This document shows positions 1-10,964 of a DNA stretch of 64,000 bases, piece by piece. This stretch comes from Moniliella sp. 'wahieum' (Eukaryota), in assembly GCA_003971905.1 (NCBI GenBank), contig RSEE01000061.1, forward strand, positions 124,001-188,000. The letters run 5' to 3'. The notes beneath the pieces were generated by a model. It worked only from the letters and a program-made list of their open reading frames with translations, had not been told where the DNA came from and made no database searches. The position numbers were made by a program, and so were the translations under genes. The first letter of the stretch is position 1. Each line of letters starts with the position of its first letter.

Positions 1-274
1 CTCCTCGCCTGGCCGCCAACGTGGAACGCCGACGCGCAGAGCCTTAGCGCTGCGCGCCTGAGCCGCAAGCGCAGACATGTGACCGCCAGCTAGTCATTGC
101 TCGCTTGACTCGTGGGCTGGCCTCCCGGCCTGGGCAAGGCGCCGAGGGCTTCAGCTGTAGCTGGAAAAGCTGATCCATCCACTTCAATCCCATCCAACTG
201 CCCATCCATTCCAGCCAACCATTCCACGGCCACTCCTCCATTCCAATCCAACCCACCATTCCATCCAATTCATC

Positions 275-445
275 TCAACTCATCCAATTCATCTCAACCC
301 GTCCCATCCCATCCATCCCATCCCATCCATCCCATCCCATCCATCCCATCCCATCCCATCCATCCCATCCCATCCATCCCATCCCATCCATCCCATCCCA
401 TCCATCCCATCCCATCCATCCCATCCCATTCCTTCCATCCAATCC
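275..445. repeat. (CCATC/CCAT)n microsatellite, degenerate at the edges
   Basis: Near-perfect mixed CCATC/CCAT tandem run at about 303-430, with CCAAT/CCATT variants flanking it. Confidence 0.9.
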
Positions 446-838
446 ACCAACACAGCTATCTTCTCTGGCAGGCATTTCCAATTCTATTCTCACATAGCAC
501 AGCCCACAAAAACAAAAGGAACTCGTAACAGCGTCGTCCATTAAGATCATCAACAGATCATCCCATCGTTCCATGCGCAAGATACACAGTGCACATGAAG
601 TTAGGTGCAGGCACAGCGAGCAAACCCGCCCGCTCTGTGCGTATAAAGTCGGAGATGAAGTACAGTCCACAGCTCTACAATGGGCGAATAAGGACGACCA
701 TCGCATCGGTAGAAAATAGACAGGGTGGGAAAGGTGCGGTGTGGGTAAAGGTATCGGACCCATTCTCTGCTTCGCATGAGCATGAGCCAAGTCCACAGCT
801 AAATGTAGTTGAGTTGCGGGGACTGTGCGTTGCCTCCG

Positions 839-2342
839 TTACACCGAGTTGTCGGCGCAGGAAAAGGCATGGCCCACATCCCCAGTATCGTAGCTAACAA
901 TGATAGACTTGATCGTAGCGTACGTCCCTGACACGGCAATGAACACGCCGAGCACCAGGAGGAAGAGCGCGACGACCAATTGGATCTGGTCAATGAGAGA
1001 ACCCTGTGTGCCGCGGCGCCACGCCTGGCTGACCCAGTTCGACCTGCCAGAAGCCTTGATGGATGGGTCCTTCTCCTCCGAGGCATCACTCGCCCCCGTC
1101 GGGTCATCCGAAAGGTCGTAAAGCATCAGCAGCGAGGTCAAAACGACCACAAGCAGTCCGCCCGTCAGAGCGCCCACCAGCGACACGATTTGACCGAAAA
1201 TAGGAATGGCCATGGCGAGGATGAAGCCGAGAACGAGGACGGTGAAGAAGCACAACGTCCAGACCACTTGATGCGTCTTGGTCCGGTGAGCCACGTGCCG
1301 CGACCCACGCAGAAGACGGACAAACATGTACTTGGCGCCCAAGTGGGTGAGCAAAAGACACGAGACAAAGAGGCCGAACAGAGAGATGGCATAGCAGATG
1401 ATACGGAACGTGTGCCCGGCCGTGTTGAACGCTGGGCTGGCAAGTACTTACCAGCGCGGGCGTACATGCAGCAACCAATGATAAGGTAGTTGGCAATGAG
1501 GAAGGTGTTGCCGATCAACGTGCTGCGGACAAACTGTTCTGGGCGCTTCATCTCGGCCGAGATGGAAAAGAACATTGGGGAGCCAGTGCAGGCAAATAGC
1601 TGGCTGCACACCGCATTCATCGCCTGCCAGAAGGGAACGGAAGTGGTGGCCGACACTCCAAGCGAGGCGCCTGCGGGACGGTCGGGGGGGTGTCCCTTGA
1701 CCAGCACTGCAATCGTCAAAACCCAGTTTGCGAAGAAAATGCAGCCCAGGCCGATCCATGAAATGAATGCGACGCGCTCCATATCGGGCATGGCAGAACC
1801 AGCAATCAAGACGATGGCACACGCAATCCCAGCCCAGGCGACCGTGCAGATAGCGTGGGAAGACACGGCATTAAGAGCAATCGTGACCGTCGAAATGGAA
1901 GCGCCAGCGACAAGGATCATGAGGATAATGTAGATCGCCCCGAAAGCCTCTCCCATTGCCGGGCCACCGAGAATGGCGCCAAAGTCGGCAATGCTGTGGA
2001 TTTGAGGGTGACGCACCCGTACCTGGGCCACATAGACAGCGCTGAGTGTACTGATGCCCCAGAGCACCAGGAGACAGATGACACCACCCACAAAGCCAAG
2101 GGTAGCGAAGGTGGCGGGAATGCCCATAACGCCAATACCATAGGCCACCTTGACAACGAGGACCGAGGCATACTTCCAGCCCATCAATTTCACGCCGTCT
2201 TGATCGCCTTCGTCAACCTCGAATACGCCGCGCTCCTCGACAGGCTTGGACAAGGCAGGGAGCTTGTCAAACCCCGAAGACTCAATATCCCCTTCTCGTT
2301 CATCTTGCTGTCCGGGTCGGAGCGAATGCTGGTCCCATTCAT
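839..2342 (-). CDS. Amino acid/auxin permease family transporter (Aa_trans, Mtr-like neutral amino acid permease), frameshifted
   Basis: ORFs 1165..2400 and 839..1354 join into a multi-TM protein with MGWKYAS..GIGVMGIPATFATLGFVGG, HPQIHSIADFG, FFSISAEMKRPEQF, AIPIFGQIVSLVGAL and terminal FSCADNSV. Likely start is ATG 2342 (MNGTSIRSD). Indels near 2290 and 1400. Confidence 0.88.
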
Positions 2343-5300
2343 GCGGGCGGGAGATGGTGTGCGTGCTCGTCCCAACATGATGAAGCAGGTGGTAGGTCAA
2401 AAAGAACGCAGACGGTAACAGCCCAGCAAGAGTATATATCCTCGCCCTCGCTGAAGCTCGCCCGCGCGAAAATAAGTCCGTGTCTTGCTATCACCCCCTT
2501 CTCAGACCTCACGCCCTGCTCAGGCCTCAGGGCCTCTTCAGGCTGCAAGCTTCAGGGGGATGGAGGGCTGGAGGGGGCGATGGATGATCGATGACTGCCT
2601 AGTAGAGGCACAAGCCCTCACTAGCTCAGTAGTCACTGTGCGCACATTGAACCAGCTCTGGCACTAGCTTGCTTGGAGACCTGTGGGGTTGCCGGTTAGC
2701 GCTAGCGCCCATGCTGCCCAGGATGCGTGCAGCAGTTGCATGTGGCCACACTTCACGTGTCACAGAACACAGAGCAAATGGGAAACGAGAAAAAATCGCT
2801 TCTGCACACTTGCAAGCTGCACTACGCCAGCCTGAGCTCGTGTGAGACAATTCTGCCAGCCCCCGCACGGCGACAGCCTGAGCCCATCCCAACAGGGGAA
2901 GGTACACTGGTACTGGGCCCATGCCCAGCCGAATTATGCCGACGACGTTGTCCCGTCCGTGGCCCATTTGTCCGTGTGGGCGCAACGCCACAGAACGCCG
3001 TCGGGCAGGGTGCCAGCCAATTCCCCGCACGCGGGGAAAAGCACGGCGCCCACGTGCTGTGTCCCTGTGCCTAACGCCCCTGCCCATCAGGAAGAGGACG
3101 TGGGTGGCGTGGTATGTGGCGCTCCTTTTCTCCGTGTATTTTTTGGAGGGATCTCTCCTGGATCCCACGGACCACCTATCCAGTTTTGCAGGGAGCCGTG
3201 TGTCTATGCATGTCCAAAACCCTCTATGACATGTGACATGTGAGATCTAAGGCCTCCACCACCATCTCACCCGCTTATTCCCTGCTGAGCGACGACCGAC
3301 CTCCATTTGCATGTTGCCAAGAGCTCACTCACATTCGTCTCATGTGTTTTTTTGTGTGTGCTCCTCGTATTTCACTTCCCTCATACAGCTGTCGGGCTGG
3401 AAAAGCCACCTTTTTTTCCACCATTGCAGTGCAGCCGACTTCGGAGAAGTGTAGCAGCTGGCGCTGGGGAGGGGGTCAAGGCACGTGCGGCGTACCTGTG
3501 GACGGCATTGACTACTATTTTAGCACAAGAGACAGGTACCACTAGTCATTGGCGGACTGGCCAGCGGAGATTTCGAACGACGCCAGGCCAGGCGGGGCCT
3601 CGCCAGCTTCGCCCTTATATCGATTATATCGATTATCGATTATCCTGCGCCAGTATCTACTCTCGAAGGGAATCCCCGCGGCTAGATCCGAGAAAGGGGG
3701 CTCGAGAACATGGGTACTTGCATGGGAAAAGAGGTGGCAGATGAGAATTATTGACGAACTGTGGCTTCGGAACAAGGCGTGTCAGGGAATTGAGGCTCAG
3801 TACTCAGTATACTCAGTTCTGAGGCCTGAGGCCTGAGGCCGGATATGCCCCGGCAAGTTGATGGCATCTCACCTTCGGGGAGGACGCCTGTAATTATTGC
3901 CGCTATAGTGTACTTTGGAGGCAAGACTTTGCCACCTGCTTCGCTGCATGCAGCTTTGGACGGCAATAAGCTGGACGAACTGCTATCTGAGACTGACGCT
4001 TTCCTCCGTATGGCGTTTCGACGGACGGATGCGGGAGGATGAGGACCTCCCAGGGTAGGAAGGACGATTACCTTGACGCCCATGTGCATGAGAGCCTGCC
4101 CTTTCGGAGATTATGTGGGATCATGTGGCCGTCCACCATCTCGTACATTGATTGTGTGCCCTATTATGCGCGTATACTCCGCCGGACAATGAGGTCAATT
4201 CCTATCTTTTACCGCTTTGTTGCCTTCACTGTATGGCCGGTGTACATGGCGAGAGAGTGTTTGCGATGCAGTGTCAGCGCTGGGAGGATGTGGGAGATGA
4301 GTTAGTTGGAGCTACCCCAGAACCTCGGAGAAGAGTCGGTAGGAACTACTAATCAAGAACCTCAAGGGGGTGATCGCCGCAACGTATCCCAGCACGGTAG
4401 TGCGTTTAACTATACTTGTCTCTTCGGTGCCCGCGCCTTGTTGTGCTTTTCTACCTCATACCGAATCAGTTCCACATTGGTATACAGCTCCGTACCCACT
4501 CCTGTTCCCCCGCGCACAGAGCAGAGTGCTACCATTATGGCCTGTGGTGCCATCATTGGCGCATCCAAACTGGCACCCGAACCGAATCCAAGGCGGGGCG
4601 TTGCACGATGCTGGATGTGGGATTAGTTCATCTTTAGGCGTGTGTCCTCCATCCAGGACACCCATTAAATCTCAATGACTCGCGCTGAAGAGGAAAAAGG
4701 GGAAATGTGCGCGGAGGGGGATATAGGACCAAGTGCACGCTCTACCGGATAACGGAGCGGAGGCGTTTGTAGAATCAGAGAGACGGAAGTGGACAACACT
4801 CCTAACTACTCGGGAACTAATGTGGAGGGTCAAAAAGCAGCAACGTTTGTGGAACCGTAGGAGAAGAGACTGCATCCACTGTTGCAGCGAAAGGAATGCG
4901 ATAGGAACATCAAGCACCTGGGACTCACTCAAGAGTCTTTCTTCGCCCCATGTGGTCATGAGGACATTATGCGGGTATATTATGAGTCTCTCAATGGGAA
5001 AAAATGGTTCATCGCTGTGGCATATCTCTTCCGCGCTCTTTCGTATCCAATCTTGTTTGAAAGTGAATGACGGCAGCCAGAAAGACTTGGGCTCTGCTAC
5101 GGTTACTCCACTGGCGTTTCTCTTGATTACTGTTACTTTCAGCCATTGTCTCTCAATAGACCACCAACAGCTTGGCCAGTTACATATTGTTGCATAGGTC
5201 GTGGCCCATTGCCTGTCTAGTACATAAGAAAGACCTGCTAAGGGCCACACCTGGCCTTAGGACTCTTCCCTTGGTCTTGTCTTCAGCATTATATTGCAAC

Positions 5301-7538
5301 GGAATTAAACAGGAGAGGAGCAAAATCTGTAAAGCCCATTATGAGTAAGTGGCTCCGTTGTGGTCCTTGGGTGAACGAGCGGCTGGGATACATATGCGGT
5401 AAGGATATATAGCCAACAGATAACAAGATTGGATGTCAGTTAAAGCGTGCCACCCGATATACATATCTTATTGCCTCTGTTAGAATCTCATCGAGTTTTT
5501 TCAGCACATGCTGGCGTAACGTTGCTCTCGCATATCCGCTGTTACAAAGCCATATCTGAGACTTTTTTGAATCCGCACGAGAGGCATGATGACGTGCAAG
5601 AGGGCCACAATATGGGGGTGTAAGTACAAGTATATAACGCAAAGGGATAAGTTATCTTCGCTCCAGCTCAGGGATCATACATCGATAAGCCTGGACCGGA
5701 GGTGTGGGCGCATTTTGTGAATGAATCTGTGGTTGGTAGCCGAATTCACCGAGGTAAAAACGGCATGTATGTATATGAGGAACTGGAATGGTGTTTGTCT
5801 TGAGCTCACCACACCCCACGGACATCAATAAAGGTATAATGATATGCCTTTTAGGAAAAAGTACCACGGATTGGTCCCACTCAAACTCTTTTTCTTCTCC
5901 CGTCCTTGGTATGCATGGAGCGAAGCAATGAAGTTCTTTTGGGAAAAATTGAGGCACACTGGGAAAATGCATTAAGGGTGAGGCCTGAGGAGGCGACTTA
6001 GGAGGGAAATGCTGTCTTCGTCAAACATACCCCTCTCCCCCTCACATTCCCTCCGAAAGTTGTTGCACGCAACTGTGACACTCATAGCCGACTTGTTACG
6101 GTGACATATACCTCCATTGACCATTCAAGCTTCAAGCCTCAAGCATCTCATTCATGCGCGTGCTATTATACGCCACTGGTTGGAGACATACTTCTACTTT
6201 TTGCCCTCCGCACCGCGCAATGTGGGCACATGATGCTCTCCACCGCTTTGCGCGACTCGCATGTGTTACACGTCAAGCTTTCAAGTTGTCTCCTACTTTA
6301 GTTATACCTCCAATGGTTGCTTTTCTATACCATAAAACCTCTTCTGCCTTCTGCTTCTATTATTGTAGGGGGGAGAAAGAGGTCCGACGATGGAAGAGAT
6401 GGGTCACAATGTCTTCGGGAAGATGATCCACACCAACAAGAGCAGCCGACAGGGAAGGCCGGCAGGGTGGGTGACCCGTGGAACCTTTCGTGCACACCGC
6501 AAAACGATAAAAGAGTCAGGCCGTCAGGGAATAGAGCCAACGAGTATATGATCTCGATAGATATCAGATCTCACCCCGCGGTCACCATCGCCCAGCCGGA
6601 AGGGTTGGTACACGCCAGCGCCCCCGTGCTTTGGCGGCACAGGACCACTGTCAGGCTCCAATCCTGCAACCTAGCTCTGGTTTCGGCAGGCCTCCAAGAC
6701 AATTTCTGGCATGGGGGAAGGGTACGAGCAGGTCACAGGTGTCATCGATCATCACGCGTCATGCATCATGCAATGTCGCACATCACATTCACATGTCACA
6801 TCACAATGGCTCCTTCGGTTGTTGCCACATGCATTTCCCTATTGTTACGACAACTCTACATTCCCATCGGGCTGCGCGAGGGGATGGAAAAGCATGTTGC
6901 AGATCGAGTAGGACTAGATGGCTAGTGCTAGTAGTGGCTTTGTTGGCATGGGCAACGTCAACATCAACGTTCAGTACATCCAACGTTCCATAGAATCCAT
7001 GTTGTGTGCGTTTCATGGTTTGCTGTACAAATCCAGCCTCATACAACAGCAATTCACAACACCACGGAAGAATGCATCGCCAGCATCGCTTGGAGCCGGC
7101 AGCGTAAGGCGCGCCGACATATGCAGGTCATGCATAGTATGGTGCTCGCTCTATGGCCTTCTACTGGCCACATGGAGTCGGGCTGACACAAATGGAATAA
7201 GAAATTCGTTCCGCGTCATGACCCGACAAAAGCGCCAGCAACGAAGGACCTACAGGCAGAAGGTGTCGGGGAGTAAATGTGATGAAATAGCCGTGACGGC
7301 AGCGAGAGAGTAAAGAAAACACAAAATGGAGGTGGAAACAGGGAAGCAACATCGTTCAAGCAGAGTGACGATATAGGTATTGGTAGCAACCGGTCGCACA
7401 CGGTTACACGCGCAGCGCACGACAACCGTACCCGACCAGTATTGCATTGCTACTCGACGGCGAAGAGTGTAAAGGTGGGGTTTGGCACAAAGAACGTCTT
7501 CATCCCGTCAACAACGAAAGCGCGAAGGAGTGCTCCAC

Positions 7539-8430
7539 TCAAAGGAGGACAGCGGCGGCAAGACCAACGAAACCAGCCACAGCGGCGGGCACACGAAGGG
7601 AGCCGGCAGCCGAGCTGCTGCTGGATTGAGAGCTGCTGCCCGAAGCGGCAGGGCCAGAAGAGGGGGCCGAGCTCGAGTGAGGGGCCGACGAAGAGGCAGC
7701 AGCCGAGGACGAGTGAGCAGCCGACGAAGAGGCAGCAGCCGAGGACGAGTGAGCAGCCGACGAAGACGAGGGAGCAGCCGACGAGGACGAAGGAGCAGCC
7801 GACGAGGACGAAGGAGCCGCCGACGAGACGAATGACTGGCAGCCGACGAAGACGAATGGCTAGCAGCCGACGAAGACGGGGAGGCGGACGACGACGCAGC
7901 CGAGGACGACGCAGCCGACGAGGAAGGAGCAGCAGCGCCGCTGGAGCTGCCAGCCGACGACGATGCGCCACTAACAACAAGAATCGATTAGAATAATGAA
8001 TCAGAGAGAAGAGAGTTGAAACGTACCATTGGTCGTTGGAAAGCACGGCGTTGGGGGTGCCACCAGTCTGAGCAAGGGCACCGGTAGAGTCAGTCAGGTC
8101 GAACTGAAGCTCCTGGCCCGCAACAGCAGAGGTAGGGGTCCAGGTGTAGCTAGTGCCAGAGAGGTTCTGGAGCGTGTCGACAACGGGGCCAGCAGAACCA
8201 CTGTAGGTGTGAATCACCAGTGTGTACGGGCCGGAACCGCCTTGCCACGTAAGAAGGACAGGCACGCACTGGATACGGCAAACGAAGTCAGCGCTGTGGA
8301 TGGTGGCGGAGGGGAAAACATGGAGAGCCAACGTACGGCAATCAGGGTCTGGGTGGGGGTGTTCATGGTGAACTGCTGGGCCCGGCGGCGCGGCGGCGGC
8401 GAGGAGGGTAAGGGCGACCTTGAGCTGCAT
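7539..8430 (-). CDS. Secreted Ser/Ala-rich, probably GPI-anchored cell-surface protein
   Basis: Signal peptide MQLKVALTLLAAAA; domain FTMNTPT..QCVPVLLTWQGGSGPYTL..SGTSYTWT..GQELQFDLTDSTG typical of basidiomycete Ser/Thr-rich GPI proteins; SSAA-repeat stalk; hydrophobic tail ..AGFVGLAAAVLL* (TGA at 7539). Probable introns near 8273-8335 and 7970-8027. Confidence 0.78.
7686..7960 (-). repeat. Coding minisatellite of the Ser/Ala stalk (GAGCAGCCGACGA-containing units of 21-39 bp)
   Basis: Repeated gagcagccgacgaagaggcagcagccgaggacgagt and gagcagccgacgaggacgaag units. Confidence 0.75.
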
Positions 8431-10964
8431 TGCGACGAACAGGAGAAGGAGGTGGTGGGGGGAGGGAAGACGAGAGGAAGCGCTGATGGGCGTAGAAAAA
8501 GGATTCTGATGGTGCACGGCGCCTGTGTGCCATGCTGCTCGCACGGCGGCAGCCGTTTGCGATGCGCGCGTCTTGGCACTGCGAATTGAGCCTGGGGCGG
8601 AGTGGTACTGAGTAAGTGAGCGCTGACGCGTGACACCGTCGCACGGACTGGGTTGGTGTGGGCGCAACGGACCAACCAGCCAGCGCTGGCGCAGCTGCGT
8701 GTGTCGGCCGGACACCGGCGCACGCGGAGAGACGCACGGCTCGGCAGTGGCCAGTGGCAAGAAGCCTGGGCGCTGGGCTGCAGTGCCTCGCGCGTGTGCC
8801 GCCCGGTGACCGGCACCATGCGTCGGCCTGTGGCAAGCAGTGGCGCAGAGGCACTCAGCCCACCGTACGTACTGCGTGCAACGCTCAATTCATCGATGCA
8901 GTCGAACGGTACGTTGAACGCACTTTGAGCGCGCAGATGCGGCCCGCAGTTTCCAACCTGGTCCAACTGCCGGTAGCAGCGCCACGGACATGCGAGCTGC
9001 GCAGGCAGACCTGTGACCAGTGACCGGTGACCTGGTGATGGTGACTGTGACATGAACATGACATGTCGGTGACGGCTACGACCATGGCGCATGGCTGCAC
9101 AAGTGCCCAGTGCCTAGTGCCTGGTGACTGGGTGACGGTGGGTATTCGTGACAGTGACCTGCAGACAATGGTGACATGCACTGTGACATGGTGACTTGTC
9201 CTGCGCCGGGACGCACCAGCGGAGGCAGTGCGCCAGCCTGCGCTGGCTGGCCAAACGCCGCGCAGCGCCTCCTCGGCTGTTGCACTGCGTGGTTCAGCGC
9301 TGCGGCGCTGAGGCTTAGCCGCACTGCTCGCATGGGGCTGCTAGCACAGTCTGCTGCAGTGCCGCGCCTGGCAGCAGCGGGGGAAGGGTGCGCAGGTGCC
9401 GCTGCCGGCGATCGCAGATCCCCTTTCGAACAGGCCATTGCATCCATGGCTGTATTCCAGGTGGTTCTTGGATGGTCGATGGCTCAGCCGCTGAGGCGCT
9501 GAGAGCCCATGCTCCATGGCCGATCTGAAATCTGATCGATGATCTGTGTCATCTGCGCAGCAAATCATTGCGTAGGAACATGGTAAACGATCTCCATCGT
9601 ATGCTTCGCATCAAAGTTTCGACTCGGGGGAAACCGGCCGATCCTCCTCCTTACCGGCTACCCCTCCTCTGGCCTTGCTCGGCTTACCGGGCACTGGGTA
9701 ATCAGCACCTGCTCAGCCTGCTGGTTGAACCTGCCGAACCTGCTGAGCGCGCCGAGCCTGCCTTCTTCGCTGTTCCTCTCCCAGGTCCCAGTCTCTCCTA
9801 GACCAGAGATGTACTTGGGCCGAAGATCATCGAGATCGTCATGCACATCGGCATCAGACATCAGTTGCACAGTGCCTCACACCCATCAGACATCACACCC
9901 CAGGGCCCTCAGCAGGAACAGTGCAGCCTTCATCGATCTGGAGGGTCAGCCGGTGGGTCCAGCGGGGCTCAGCGCGCGCCCAGCGCTGAGCCTCAGCAGC
10001 TCAGCAGGTTAAAATGTAAGCGCCTCATGCGCTCAGCTTCAAATTGTAGAAGACCAGAGAACAGGCACTTGACGGTGTATTGCATTGCACATGAGCTACA
10101 CAGAGGCCAGGGAATATTTCTGTCCTTCAGGACGGATTTTGCAAGGAATGAACCGGAAGGTTCCGGTTTTGGGCTCCCGACGTCACGCGTCACGCGTCAC
10201 TAGACACGAGTCACTACACCAGTGTGGCGTCACGCGTCACGCGTCACACACACTTCAAATGGCATGCATGTCATGCATCATGCATGTCATAGGTTCTGCC
10301 GGCTTCTTCATTCATTCAAGGGCTAGAGCTGGTTGCTTTTTGCAGTTTGCTTCCGCCTCCATCGATTTGCTAGGTTATGTATTTTGCTGTCGGCAGCCCA
10401 TGCACCGGGGCTTGCAGAAGTCCATCTTGTCCTCGCGCACACGATCACGGACAGGACATCCACCGTCCAATGTAGATGGGGGGATGCTTCAAGTCAACGT
10501 TCACGCGTTCACATTGAATAACACGTTGAACCAATAATGAGAGCTCACTGAACGTCTCGGCCTGAGCTTGAGGCCGTCGAACGTTGGTTGAACGTTGGTT
10601 GAACGTTGAACTCAACACGTTGAACCGGTTGAGGTCTCTGAGGTTCAGGCCTGAGTTCCTGAGAGGGCTCGCGCGTGCTCAACGTGTTGAACGTTCAACG
10701 CGGTATATACACTGCGCGTCTTGGAACTGGTCTCCCCGCGGGCCAACTGAAAGACGCCCCCCCTGCGCCCAGGTGCAGCTGCCAGTCTCTCTCTCTCGTG
10801 TATACAGTCCCACTTGCAATTTATTGTTTGTGTACAACCCACCAGCACCGCTACCTTCCAACAACGCCTCTGCAGACGAGAACCAAAACTTCATCGTTAC
10901 CTAGCACCTCCACTGCTTCACCCATCAAGCCCATAATAATAATTCATGGAGAGCCTTGGTGTTA

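Noticed and set aside
44..796. ORFs with GWDGM/HPIPS repeats
   Set aside because: Translations of the CCATC microsatellite.
2600..7400. Transposable element in the gene-poor interval
   Set aside because: No transposase, RT or integrase motifs, LTRs or terminal inverted repeats seen.
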